From Lachnospiraceae bacterium (lineage in GTDB: Bacteria > Bacillota > Clostridia > Lachnospirales > Lachnospiraceae), in NCBI GenBank assembly GCA_021628825.1, contig JAJXRY010000002.1, positions 1,338,972 through 1,402,971 on the forward strand: a DNA stretch of 64,000 nt. Direction: 5' to 3'. This document shows positions 8,752-19,305 of this stretch, piece after piece (position 1 is the first letter of the stretch; every line of letters starts with the position of its first letter). The notes below the pieces were generated by a model. That model saw nothing but the letters and a program-made list of their open reading frames with translations. It had not been told where the DNA came from and did no database searches. The position numbers and the translations under genes were made by a program.

Positions 8752-10991
8752 ATGAGCATTTATGATAGCTTAAATGAAGAACAGAAAAAGGGCGTGTTTA
8801 CTACAGAAGGTCCCGTACTTTTACTTGCAGGAGCAGGCTCCGGGAAAACGCGGGTGCTGACGCACCGCATTGCCTATCTGATTGATGAGCTGGGAGTGAA
8901 TTCCTATCAGATCATGGCGATTACGTTTACCAATAAGGCGGCCGATGAGATGAAGGAACGAGTGGAACGGCTCGTAGGAATGGGTGCAGAAAGCATCTGG
9001 GTGACCACCTTTCATTCGACCTGCGTGCGGATTCTACGCCGTTTCGCAGACCGTCTGGGATATGATAATAATTTCACTATTTATGATACGGATGATCAGA
9101 AATCGGTAATGAAGGATGTCTGCAAGCATTTACAGATTGATACGAAGCAGATGAAGGAAAGGACGATTCTGTCTGCCATTTCTTCCGCGAAAAAAACGAG
9201 CTTGTGGGTGTACAGGAATATGAAACGCAGGCCATGGGGGATTTCCGTAAGCAGAAGGTGGCAGCTGCTTACCGGGAGTATCAGAATATCCTTAAGAAGA
9301 ACAATGCGATGGATTTTGATGATCTCATCATGAATGCGGTGGAGCTGTTCAAGGCGTGTCCGGATGTACTGGAATATTATCAGAAGCGGTTCCGGTACAT
9401 CATGGTGGATGAATATCAGGATACGAATACGGCACAGTTCCAGTTGATCCGTCTGTTGGCAGAGGGATCGCGCAACATCTGTGTGGTCGGTGACGATGAT
9501 CAGTCCATTTACAAATTCCGTGGAGCCAATATCCGGAATATTCTGGATTTTGAAAAATATTATCCGGAGGCTGTTGTGATCCGCCTGGAGCAGAATTACC
9601 GTTCCACGCAGAATGTACTGGATGCAGCGAATGCGGTCATCCGGAATAATGTAGGGCGTAAGAGCAAGACGCTCTGGACGGACAAAGGAGCAGGAAACCG
9701 GATTCATTACCGCCAGTTTGACAATGCATATGAAGAAGCTGAATTTATTGCAGATGATATCAGCCGGAAGATCAAAGACGGCATTGTGGAAGCCGGAGAA
9801 TGTGCAGTCCTTTTCCGGACAAATGCACAGGCTCGTCTCCTGGAAGAGCGCTTTGTTGTGGAAGGCATCCCCTATGATGTGGTTGGTGGAACGAACTTTT
9901 ATGCCAGAAGAGAAATTAAGGATCTCCTTTCTTATTTAAAAACGGTTGATAACGCACGGGATGATCTGGCTGTAAAGCGTATCATCAATGTGCCAAAGCG
10001 TGGGATTGGTGCAGCGACCATTGCTAAAGTGGATGATTATGCACAGATGCATGAAATCAGTTTTTACGAGGCATTGTGTCATGCGGATGAAATTCAGGGA
10101 CTTGGTAAGGCGGAAGCGAAGATCCGTCCCTTTGTCAATATGATTCAGGTATTCCGCAGCCGGCTTTCTTATTATAGCCTGAAGGAATTGATGCATGATA
10201 TTCTGGATACGACGAATTATATTAATGAAATGGATGTCGATGATGAGATTGAGGCACAGAGCCGGATTGATAATATCGATGAATTGATTAATAAAATTGT
10301 TGCATATGAAGAGGCCAACGATGAGCCCTCCTTAAGTGCATTTTTGGAGGAAGTGGCGCTGGTAGCCGACATTGACCGGCTATCCGAAGACGATAACCGT
10401 GTGCTGCTGATGACACTGCACAGTGCAAAGGGACTGGAATTTTCGCATGTGTATCTTGCCGGCATGGAGGATGGTATTTTCCCAAGCTACATGACGATTG
10501 CCTCTGATGATCCGGCAGAGATCGAAGAGGAACGCCGTCTTGCCTATGTGGGAATTACCAGAGCGAAAGACGATCTGACGCTGTGTTATGCCAAAATGCG
10601 TATGGTGCGTGGTGAAACACAGATGAATGCGGTCAGCCGCTTTGTCAAAGAAATTCCGCCGGAGCTGATGGACAATAAGCCACCTGCTCCCAGATATCAG
10701 CCGGTTGTGGCAGATAAATCCTCACGTACCATTTCTGCTCCGAAAAAGCCGTATCTTGCATCTGCCGGAACAGGATCGTTTGGAGCATTGGGAATTTCCA
10801 AAGGATCCGAAGCGGTAAAGGGCGGTAAGCCGGACTATGATATCGGGGACCGCGTCAGGCATGTAAAGTATGGAGAAGGCTTTGTGACAGACCTGGAGCC
10901 GGGACCGAGGGATTATAAGGTGACGGTTGATTTTGATGACGCCGGACAGAAGATTATGTACGCGGCTTTTGCGAAGCTTGAGAAGCTATGA
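8752..10991 (+). CDS. pcrA: ATP-dependent DNA helicase PcrA (UvrD family); single-A insertion in an A7 run at about 9190-9196
   Basis: Walker [20 protein letters not shown] plus motifs through the C-terminal domain. Removing one A gives ...[35 protein letters not shown], matching the UvrD consensus. An essential gene, so the split is probably an assembly artefact. Confidence 0.9.
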
Positions 10992-11402
10992 TCCGCATGC
11001 CATTCCGTAATGTTGTCTGGTTATGTTATTCAGCCATACCATTCAGTAATGCCATTTAGCCATGCCATTCATAAGCTGCCGGATTGTACAGAGGTACTTA
11101 AAGGAAAAGATATATTGTCTCCGGCAACTTATTTCATGCCGGGCATCTGCCCTATAGAAATGATGATACAAAATGCCCTTTGTGAGCAAGCTCCCACGGT
11201 CATCTTGTACAATTATTTCTGCATGGCTGATTATTTGTACAAATTTTGGAAAATGACTGTTGTTAAAATGCGGATGAGATGATATATTATCTAATAACAA
11301 GAGCAGACCGGAATAGGAATTCTTATTTTGGGAAGACTAGACGGGTAATGATCTGCCGGATTGGTGAAACAATGGAAATGCAGGAAAGGACAGGGTGAGG
11401 AT

Positions 11403-11774
11403 ATGAACAAGATAGAAGAGATCGCAGCTATGCTGAAGCAGTATGATATCAAGGATTTGAAGAATGTCAGAGATCTGAATGATTTAAAGGATTTTCTGGC
11501 ACATAAGGAAGAAGAAAAGAAAAAAGGCAAGAATGTGCTTCTGTGCATCTTTGCAGTTGTTGGAGTGATCGTTGTGGTAGCAGCAATCTGCTATGGTGTA
11601 TACCGTTATCTCGTGCCGGATTATCTCGAGGATTTTGATGATGATTTCGATGATGAATTTGACGATGACTTCTTCGATGATGAGGACGAGGATAAGGAAG
11701 ACAAGGAAGAGCAGCCCGCAAAGGACTGGAAGGATGATGTCGAAAAGGAAGATCTTGCAGCTTCTGAAGAATAA
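11403..11774 (+). CDS. Small membrane protein with a coiled N-terminus, one TM and a poly-acidic tail; hypothetical
   Basis: MNKIEEIAAMLKQYD..TM VLLCIFAVVGVIVVVAAICYGVY..DFDDDFDDEFDDDFFDDEDEDKEDKEE. A terminator follows. Confidence 0.4.
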   Translation: MNKIEEIAAMLKQYDIKDLKNVRDLNDLKDFLAHKEEEKKKGKNVLLCIFAVVGVIVVVAAICYGVYRYLVPDYLEDFDDDFDDEFDDDFFDDEDEDKEDKEEQPAKDWKDDVEKEDLAASEE

Positions 11775-11805
11775 AGGATATCAGTCAAAGTGATCATCTA
11801 ATGTC

Positions 11806-11837
11806 GGGATGTGCCGGTGCACATCCCTATTTTTTTG
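11806..11837 (+). terminator. Rho-independent terminator
   Basis: Hairpin gggatgtgc-cggt-gcacatccc followed by T8. Confidence 0.6.
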
Positions 11838-12035
11838 AGTAGAGCACTTAGTGAAAGCGAATCGAAGATGAAGCTTGAGATTCGTGCGAACCATACCTGT
11901 GCACTTAAAGAATGCAAGCCGGAGGTGCAGCATGAATTTAGTGCAGCAGGTAGAGTAGAACTCATTAGGTATTTGTCATATTGGGCATGAAAAAAAGAAA
12001 AAAATTTTTAAATTAGCCCACGGGAGAGAGCAGTG

Positions 12036-12420
12036 TTGGGTATAGAGAAAGAAAAAAACTTGAAAAAAACCCAGAAGAAAAAAAGAAATAGTGGGTACAT
12101 GAGAAGAAAAGTTTAGTAAAAACCCAGTGGAGAGAAAAACAGTGGGTATATGAGAAGAAAAGTTTGGTAGAAACCCAAGGAAGCAAAAAGTATTGGGTAT
12201 ATGAGAAGAAAAGTTTAGTAGAAACCCAGAGAAGAGAAAAATAGTGGGTATAAGAGAAGAAAAGTTTAGTAGAAACCCAGAGAAGAGAAAAAAATAGTGG
12301 GTATAAGAGAAGAAAAAGTTTAGTAAAAACCCAAGGAAGAGAAAAAAATAGTGGGTATATGAGAAAAAAATTTAGCAAAAACCCAAGGAAGACAGAAACA
12401 CTTGGGTATATAAATAAGAG
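12036..12420. repeat. Tandem direct repeat, about 8 units of 51-55 bp (TGGGTATATGAGAAGAAAAGTTTAGTAGAAACCCAGAGAAGAGAAAAATAG), running into the rlmD RBS
   Basis: TGGGTA boxes sit at 12036, 12091, 12142, 12193, 12244, 12297, 12351 and 12402 (spacings 51-55 bp). Units differ by a few substitutions and indels and are purine-rich on the + strand. Confidence 0.9.
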
Positions 12421-12432
12421 AGGAATCATGAC

Positions 12433-14208
12433 ATGAAAAAGGGACAGATCATTGAAGGAGTGGTAGAGCGGGTTGATTTCCCGAATAAGGGGATTGTGAA
12501 TACAGCAGAGGGAATCTGCACAGTAAAGAATGTGCTTCCCGGTCAGAAGATCACACTGATGGTCCAGAAAAACCGTAATAAAAAAGCCGAAGGAAGAGTA
12601 CTCAGTGTGGATCAGAAATCTCCATTGGAAATTGAAAGTCCCTGTCCTTATTTCGGAGAGTGCGGTGGCTGCACCTATATTTCACTTCCCTATGAAGAGC
12701 AGCTTGCCATCAAGGAAGCCCAGGTGAAAAAGCTTCTGGACAGTGTTCTTGACCGGCAGGAGGAAGACTGGGAGTTTCAGGGGATCAAAGGAAGCCCTGC
12801 GCAGTTCGAATACCGCAACAAAATGGAGTTTTCTTTTGGAGATGCCTACAAGGATGGCCCGTTAAGTCTGGGTATGCATAAGAGAGGCAGCTTTTATGAT
12901 ATTGTATCGGTATCAGACTGCCAGATTGTAGACGAAGATTATCGGAAAATTCTTGTCATGACTCAGGAGCATTTCAAGGACTGCAGCTTTTACCACCGCC
13001 TGCGCCATGAAGGATTCCTGCGTCATCTGCTCGTTCGAAAAGCAAAAAAGACGGGGCAGATTTTGGTGGCACTTGTGACAACCTCGGAAGGAATTTCTAA
13101 TGTTCCGGGGGAGGATGTATATCATTATGAAGCTCTTTTGGAAAATCAAAATGGTATAGAGCAGAAGAATCCGGATTCTTCATTGATTGATGCTTATGTA
13201 CAGCAGGATCATGAGCAGCTTGTGGAGGAATGGAAAGAGAAGCTTCTTGCTATGGAGCTGCATGGCACCATGACGGGAATCCTGCATATTATCAACGACT
13301 CTGTGGCAGATGTGGTACAGAGCGATGAAACCAGAGTGCTTTATGGACAGGAATACATCGAAGAGGAATTGCTGGGACTGAAGTTTAAGATTTCCACGTT
13401 TTCCTTTTTCCAGACCAATTCTCTCGGGGCAGAGGTACTCTATGAAACGGCACGGGAGTATGTCGGGGATCTGACACATAATAAGGATAAAGAGGTTGTC
13501 TTTGACTTATATAGCGGGACTGGTACGATTGCACAGCTTATGGCTCTGGTTGCAAAGAAGGTAATCGGTGTTGAGATCGTGGAGGAAGCTGTGGAGGCTG
13601 CAAAGAAGAATGCAGAATTGAATGGTTTACATAACTGCGAGTTTATTGTGGGTGATGTCCTGAAAGTGTTGGATGACATTACGGAAAAACCGGATATGAT
13701 CATCTTAGATCCACCACGAGATGGAATCCACCCGAAGGCGCTGACGAAGATTATTGCCTATGGAATTCCAAGGCTTGTGTATATTTCCTGTAAGCCGACA
13801 AGTCTCATTCGTGACCTTGAGACGTTCCTTGCCAGTGGCTATCATGTAGAGAAGGCGGTTGCCGTGGATCAGTTTCCGTGGACGGCGAATGTTGAGACGG
13901 TTGTTCTTCTTTCCCAACTCCGTCAGAAGCCGGATGATTATATTGATGTGGATATTGATGTTGCTGAATTGGAAGGTACTTCAGCAGAGACAAAGGCAAC
14001 CTATGAAAAGATAAAGAAGTATGTTGCAGAGCATAATGATGGGATGAAGGTTTCGAATCTCTATATTGCTCAGATAAAACGGAAATGTGGTATTGAATTG
14101 GCTGAGAATTTTAATTTGCCAAAGTCGGAGGATGCTAGACAGCCACGGTGCCCGAAGGAGAAGGAAGAGGCAATTGTGGAGGCACTGAAGGCGTTTCAGA
14201 TGATATAA
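12433..14208 (+). CDS. rlmD: 23S rRNA (uracil-C5)-methyltransferase RlmD/RumA, long form
   Basis: Carries a TRAM-like N-terminus, Fe-S cysteines CPYFGECGGCTY, and SAM motifs DLYSGTGTI and ILDPPRDG. An internal ~100-aa insertion and a ~110-aa C-terminal extension are present. Confidence 0.85.
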   Translation: MKKGQIIEGVVERVDFPNKGIVNTAEGICTVKNVLPGQKITLMVQKNRNKKAEGRVLSVDQKSPLEIESPCPYFGECGGCTYISLPYEEQLAIKEAQVKKLLDSVLDRQEEDWEFQGIKGSPAQFEYRNKMEFSFGDAYKDGPLSLGMHKRGSFYDIVSVSDCQIVDEDYRKILVMTQEHFKDCSFYHRLRHEGFLRHLLVRKAKKTGQILVALVTTSEGISNVPGEDVYHYEALLENQNGIEQKNPDSSLIDAYVQQDHEQLVEEWKEKLLAMELHGTMTGILHIINDSVADVVQSDETRVLYGQEYIEEELLGLKFKISTFSFFQTNSLGAEVLYETAREYVGDLTHNKDKEVVFDLYSGTGTIAQLMALVAKKVIGVEIVEEAVEAAKKNAELNGLHNCEFIVGDVLKVLDDITEKPDMIILDPPRDGIHPKALTKIIAYGIPRLVYISCKPTSLIRDLETFLASGYHVEKAVAVDQFPWTANVETVVLLSQLRQKPDDYIDVDIDVAELEGTSAETKATYEKIKKYVAEHNDGMKVSNLYIAQIKRKCGIELAENFNLPKSEDARQPRCPKEKEEAIVEALKAFQMI

Positions 14209-14296
14209 ACATACTGGAGCAAGTTTATTTATAATTAAAATTGAGGTTTTCATATATTAGGATGGAACTTATACTTAATCAGAAGAGGTGATTTAA

Positions 14297-14833
14297 ATGT
14301 GGATAGAAACTAATATATTGATTATTCGATCCATACAGCGCGGAGACGAGATTATCTTTTTCTGGTATGTCTCAAGATGGGAGTCTTAGTCAAGTTTGGT
14401 TTTGATGCTAATTGTTCAGAGTGGATCAATGATTGGATTGAAGAGGCTTTAAAATTAACAAATAATGATAATCCAAGAGAAAATTATATACCTTGCACTG
14501 TTATACTAAAAAGAAACAGAAGAGGTCATAGGCTCTGTTGGTTCTACATATTATGAAGATGTGGATAAGGTTGGTATTTGTTATTTTATAGGAACACCTT
14601 TTAGGAAAAAAGGATATATGACAGAGGCGATAAATGCATATGTTCAGTTTTTCTTTAAACAATATAGTGAGTCTGAAATAATAGCAACTATTCTCGATGC
14701 GAATACACCATCATGGAAAGTAGCAGAGAAATCTGGTTTCAAATTAATAGAAAAGAAAATGTACAAAGACATTGATGATGAAAAAGAAGAATTGTATCGC
14801 TTTTATGTAATACGAGGCCATGAGGGTAAATAA
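14297..14833 (+). CDS. GNAT family N-acetyltransferase (RimJ/RimL-like), fragmented by at least two frameshifts
   Basis: MWIETNILIIRSIQRGDEIIFFW.. then (other frame) ..SEWINDWIEEALKLTNNDNPRENYIPCTVILK.. then the track ORF 14561-14833 IGTPFRKKGYMTEAINAYVQFFF..KSGFKLIEKKMYKD. Indels fall in T/A runs. Confidence 0.5.
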
Positions 14834-15240
14834 ATGGAGATAAGAGTAGTTAATCAAAATGATATCGAGGAGCTTGCCGGAGTAATGGGGCAGGCATATT
14901 CAGAGGAGCCTTGGAATGAGGCTTGGGTTCAGGAAAAGGCAGTAAGAAGAGTACAGTCCATTTTGTGCGGATTTGAAGCCTTGGGTTTAGTGGCAGTAGA
15001 AGACGGTGAAATTATAGGTGGTCTTTTTGGGATTTGTGGATCCTTATGCAGACTATGATATGTTCTTTGTTTCAGAAATTTTTTTGTTGCTTCAAAAATG
15101 GAAAAGAAAAAGGAGTAGGGCGTAAGCTGCTTAGTGCCTTAGAAGAGCAACTTAAAGTAAAAAGATATTCATACAATAGAACTTATTTCTATAAATGATA
15201 ATCTAGAGTTTTATAAAAAAATGCGGACTCAATAATGGTG
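14834..15240 (+). CDS. GNAT family acetyltransferase no. 2, frameshifted
   Basis: MEIRVVNQNDIEELAGVMGQAYSEEPWNE..LGLVAVEDGEIIGGLFG, then after a frame change FVSEIFVAPKWQKKGVGRKLLSALEEQLK (acetyl-CoA binding motif). Confidence 0.5.
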
Positions 15241-15392
15241 ATGTTAATTGCCTAGGGAAGTCTTTTTAATAAAGGAAAGGGGCATTTTATTTATGAAAAA
15301 AAGATATGTTTTTGGCTCAGTAGTCTGAGCTTAAAATAAAAAGAATAGTTAAGCTCAGATGAATCCTAAGAAATTATATTTAGGAGGATACT

Positions 15393-15671
15393 ATGAGCTA
15401 TATTAGAGCAGAAGAGGTTCTGCCAAAAGAATTAATAGAAACTATTCAGCAATATGTAAATGGAAAAGCAATATATATTCCCAGCACATCTAAAAAGGAG
15501 TGGGGAAGTCATACTGATACAAGACAATATCTGATACAGCGAAATCACGAGATTAGCCAGAAATATCAAGGTGGTAGTTCTATTGCCAGTCTTGCCATGC
15601 AGTTTTCACTTTCGGAGAAAAGTATTCAAAGAATCGTTCGCGAAGGAAAGAGAAAATCTGGCAAGTTGTGA
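15393..15671 (+). CDS. CD3324/Mor-like small DNA-binding protein
   Basis: 92 aa: MSYIRAEEVLPKELIETIQQYVNGKAIYIPS..QRNHEISQKYQGGSSIASLAMQFSLSEKSIQRIV resembles the CD3324 (Mor activator-like) family. Good RBS aggagga. Confidence 0.45.
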   Translation: MSYIRAEEVLPKELIETIQQYVNGKAIYIPSTSKKEWGSHTDTRQYLIQRNHEISQKYQGGSSIASLAMQFSLSEKSIQRIVREGKRKSGKL

Positions 15672-15785
15672 AGAAAAGTGCAAGTGGGATTTTTAAGATA
15701 TAATAGTGCTGAATTTGATTAAGAATTAGAGATAAGGTGGGCTATTTTTAGCCTGCCTTTCATATTATTGGAGGATATTAATAAT

Positions 15786-16219
15786 ATGAACAATTATAGA
15801 ATTATAACATTAAGAGAACGGCCGGAATTAGTAGCTATTGCAGCTGAGTGGTTTCATAGTAAATGGGGTGTGCCGGCAGAGGCATACCTGGAGTGTATGA
15901 AAGCGTATTTATCAGGAAAAACCGAGTATGGTTGGTATATATGCTTATATGATGAATCCATTGTCGCAGGACTTGGGGTAATAGAAAAATGACTTTCATG
16001 ATAGAAAGGATTTGACTCCAAATGTATGCGCCGTATATGCTGAAGAAGAACATCGAAAAAAAGGGACTAGCTGGGAATTTGCTAAACAAAGTTGTTGATG
16101 ATATGAGAAATAAAGGAGTAACGCCTTTATATTTGGTGACGGATCAGATTGGCTTTTATGAACGATATGGATGGGAATTTTTTTATGTATGGTTCAAGGT
16201 GATGATGAACCCAAAATGA
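15786..16219 (+). CDS. GNAT family acetyltransferase no. 3, frameshifted
   Basis: MNNYRIITLRERPELVAIAAEWFHSKWG..GLGVIE, then HRKKGLAGNLLNKVVDDMRNKGVTPLYLVTDQIGFYERYGWEF in a second frame. Confidence 0.5.
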
Positions 16220-16311
16220 CAAGAATGTACATCCACAGATAAAAATGATTGACAAGCGTTACAAACAAGAGTAATCTTAACATAATAATTTTTTTGAAAG
16301 GAGTTTTTCTC

Positions 16312-16413
16312 ATGAATAGATTTGCAGTCGGATATTCATATACTGAAATTTATGCTATGCACATTATGAACGTGTATGGTCTTAATTGCGTATGTAAATA
16401 TTTGAATTGCTAA
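16312..16413 (+). CDS. Candidate 33-aa peptide MNRFAVGYSYTEIYAMHIMNVYGLNCVCKYLNC
   Basis: RBS aaaggag lies 8 nt before the ATG. An intrinsic terminator follows (16451-16490, gaccac..gtggtc then T7). No homologue recognised. Confidence 0.2.
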   Translation: MNRFAVGYSYTEIYAMHIMNVYGLNCVCKYLNC

Positions 16414-16730
16414 GATGAGAAAATGGTTCAATAATTAGAATATAGTATATGCTGACCACTTATCTTTGCAGGTAGGTGGTCTTTTTTTATCCGAATAAAG
16501 TAGTTACAATAATTGAAGAGAAAGAGTGAGCGATATTATGCTACAGAGTGATTTTTGACAAAGAGACAGAGGCATTAATTGATTTAAATGTTATTTATGG
16601 AGCCGGAAAGCATATTACAGACAAATGTATGATTATCTTTTTCTAAGGAGATACATACATATTTAGTATCACATTATAAATGTGAAATTATAGGTGAAAT
16701 TGGCGCTTGTAATGGAAACATTTCAATCTA

Positions 16731-17291
16731 TTGTCTGGATTACAAGGGAGAGAAAATAGCTTTTTTTATCTGACGGGAATAGGTTCTGCTGTTGCATCCT
16801 CTATGTGTTATGAAAGCCATCATGTTATTGGTGCAACAAAGTATATTATGTTTGGTTCTTGTGGAAGTCTTGATAAAGAAACAACCAGAGGTAAGTTCAT
16901 TATCCCAACTGAAAGTTATAGAGGAGAGGGAGCATCCCATTATTACGCACCATCTTCTGACTACATTACTATTAAAAATTGTGATGTGTTGGCAGAGGTA
17001 TTTGAAAAAATAAAAGCTCCGTATGTTAAAGGCCGTGTATGGACAACTGATTCTATGCTCCGTGAAACGAAGGGACTAGTGGCAAAAAGAAAAGGTGAAG
17101 GGTGCATAGCAGTAGAAATGGAGCTTGCAGGTGTTCAGGCAATATGTGATTTTTACGGGTTAGAACTTTATGATTTTCTGGAAGCAGGAGATGTATTGGG
17201 AGACAGCGGATATGAGTTTGAAGGACTGCATGATGCTAACCATAATGTTGGGAAAGCATTGATAGCTCTGGAGGCTGCAACATATTTGTAG
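16731..17291 (+). CDS. Nucleoside phosphorylase family (PNP_UDP_1) protein; N-terminal part (about 16540-16730) broken by several frameshifts
   Basis: FYLTGIGSAVASSMCYE..IMFGSCGSLD..VEMELAGVQAICDFYGL. Upstream frames encode ..CEIIGEIGACNGNISIYCLDYKGEKIAFF, interrupted at a T7 run. Confidence 0.5.
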   Translation: MSGLQGRENSFFYLTGIGSAVASSMCYESHHVIGATKYIMFGSCGSLDKETTRGKFIIPTESYRGEGASHYYAPSSDYITIKNCDVLAEVFEKIKAPYVKGRVWTTDSMLRETKGLVAKRKGEGCIAVEMELAGVQAICDFYGLELYDFLEAGDVLGDSGYEFEGLHDANHNVGKALIALEAATYL

Positions 17292-17326
17292 ATTAATTAT
17301 TGTTTTGTACGGAGGAAGTGATAAAA

Positions 17327-18379
17327 ATGAATCTTATAGTACTTATAGGAAGTGGTGCGGTTGGTAAGATGACCGTGGGCCAGGAATTGATGAAAATAAC
17401 AGATTATAGACTCTTTCATAATCATCATATGATAGAGCCGGTAATCGAGATCTTTGGTAAATTTGATGGAGCAGTGGTAGGCAAACTTCGGGAAGATATC
17501 TTTGATGCCTTTCTAAAAACTGACTATAGTGGATTAATATTTACTTATATGTGGGCCTTTGATATGCAGTCAGATTGGGATTATATAAAGTCGGTTACAG
17601 ATAAATTCGAGGCTACCGGTGGAAATGTATATTATGTGGAGCTTGTTGCGGACAGGGCAGTTAGAATAGAACGAAACAAAACGGAAAACCGCTTAAAGAA
17701 CAAGGCTTCTAAGCGGGATATTGTGGTATCAGAAGATCGTATGCTTCGTGAGGAGACAAAATATCGACTTGTAAGTAATGATGGTGAGATTCCTTTCGAA
17801 AATTATATGAAGATTGATAATACGAATCTTGAGCCTTCAGAGGTTGCTCTTATGATAAAGGAGAGATTCAACTTACAGGGAATTAGCGTAACTGAACTGA
17901 TGAACAGGGTGAAGCTTGAAGGAGTCCGAGAAGATGAAATAGAGCAGCTTTATGACATGCAGATTAAGAGTTTTATGTCGCTATATGAAAAATATCATGA
18001 TGAGGGATCACCTGCAATTGAATCTATAGAGAGAGTAAGAGACAGGGCTTCACAGGAAAATAGAAAGTATTATTTTATTGTTAAGGATGGAGCAAGAGTC
18101 GGAGCCATCAATATCGGCAAAAGACTATCCGACCCAGAAGAACCCTGTCTATACATCAGCCCTCTTTTCATTCTTCCTAAATATCAGAAGCAGGGAATCG
18201 GATATGTTGCAATTCAAAAAGCTTTCGCATTGTATCCTGACACTAAGGTATGGAAGCTTGATACAATTCTTCAAGAATCCGGAAACTGCCACCTGTATGA
18301 AAAATGTGGTTTTGTGCGAGTTGGTGAAGAACATATTATAAACGATAAGATGACATTGGTAAATTACGAGAAAAGATAA
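17327..18379 (+). CDS. Fusion protein: N-terminal P-loop kinase-like domain (AAA_33/CPT-like) plus C-terminal GNAT acetyltransferase domain
   Basis: MNLIVLIGSGAVGKMTVGQELMKITDYRLFHNHHMIEPV is a Walker A/P-loop kinase signature. The C-terminus YYFIVKDGARVGAINIG..ISPLFILPKYQKQGIGYVAIQKAFALYP..YEKCGF is a GNAT motif A/B. Confidence 0.55.
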   Translation: MNLIVLIGSGAVGKMTVGQELMKITDYRLFHNHHMIEPVIEIFGKFDGAVVGKLREDIFDAFLKTDYSGLIFTYMWAFDMQSDWDYIKSVTDKFEATGGNVYYVELVADRAVRIERNKTENRLKNKASKRDIVVSEDRMLREETKYRLVSNDGEIPFENYMKIDNTNLEPSEVALMIKERFNLQGISVTELMNRVKLEGVREDEIEQLYDMQIKSFMSLYEKYHDEGSPAIESIERVRDRASQENRKYYFIVKDGARVGAINIGKRLSDPEEPCLYISPLFILPKYQKQGIGYVAIQKAFALYPDTKVWKLDTILQESGNCHLYEKCGFVRVGEEHIINDKMTLVNYEKR

Positions 18380-18428
18380 AATAAGGATAAGGCAGAGCAG
18401 ATGAATAAGGCGAAGGAGGAACAGAATA

Positions 18429-19276
18429 ATGGCTAAGAATAGAGTTATTACAGTTCAGGGAATACCGGTTACGGTATCGTATGAAGACATAGATGACTAT
18501 ATCTGTATTACAGATATAGCAGCTGCTAAATCGGATAATTCGCGAGCTGCGGATGTTATTCGAAATTGGTTAAGAAATAGAAGCACTTTGGAATTCTTAT
18601 CAACATGGGAAGAAATATATAATCCGAATTTTAAAGTGTTCGAATCTGAACACTTTAAAAAAAGAGGCAGGACTTGTTACGTTTACACCAAGCGTATCAG
18701 AATGGGTAGAAAAAACTAATGCAGTTGGACTGTATGTTAAACGTGGAAAATACGGCGGAACATTTGCGCATAAGGATATTGCATTTGAATTTGCTTCTGC
18801 TATCAGTCCGGTGTTCAAATTGTACCTGATCAAAGAGTTCCAAAGACTAAAGGAAGCTGAAAATGATTTGCAGAAGTTGGAATGGGATGCAAAGAGATTT
18901 CTATCCAAGAATAATTATTTAATTCAAACGGATGCGGTTAAGAATTATTTGATTCCTGTATGCAATTATCGTGAGGATTTACAGTGGCTTCCTTATGCAG
19001 AAGAGGCGGATTTACTTAATGTAGCATTATTTGGTTTTTACTGCAAAAGCTTGGAGAGAGGCTAATCCAGAGCTTGCAAAAAAGAGTAATGTTAGGGATT
19101 ATGCAACAATAAATGAATTAACTGTTCTATCGAATCTTGAATCGCATAACGCACAAATGATTCGAGAGGGAATGGATAAGAAAGATAGATTCGAAGCGTT
19201 GAAGGAGATTGCAGAGTATCAACTTCGAGTCCTAAATGAGGCTGAAAAAATCAGCAATAGGATTGAGGAACAATAG
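18429..19276 (+). CDS. KilA-N domain protein (phage/mobile-element associated), frameshifted at A7 and T5 runs
   Basis: MAKNRVITVQGIPVTVSYEDIDDYICITDIAAAKSDNSRAADVIRNWLRNRSTLEFLSTWEEIYNPNFK is a KilA-N motif. The downstream frames (18811-19065, 19031-19276) continue a coiled C-terminal domain. Confidence 0.55.
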
Positions 19277-19305
19277 TATTCAACCATTTTGTCGGCATTG
19301 GCAAA

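Noticed and set aside
9096-9707. 203-aa minus-strand ORF
   Set aside because: Antisense to pcrA, whose reading frame is strongly supported by helicase motifs.
11010-11300. ORFs 11010-11282 (+) and 11043-11300 (-) downstream of pcrA
   Set aside because: No RBS, no motif, mutually overlapping. Treated as non-coding intergenic DNA.
12036-12420. Possible CRISPR array
   Set aside because: The segments between the conserved boxes are themselves near-identical between units, so there are no unique spacers. There are no cas genes anywhere in the window and the unit length is not CRISPR-like.
12013-12429. 138-aa minus-strand ORF with repetitive LFFSLLWVSTKLFFSYTH sequence
   Set aside because: It is simply the translation of the 52-bp tandem repeat. 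No start context, and the periodicity equals the repeat unit.
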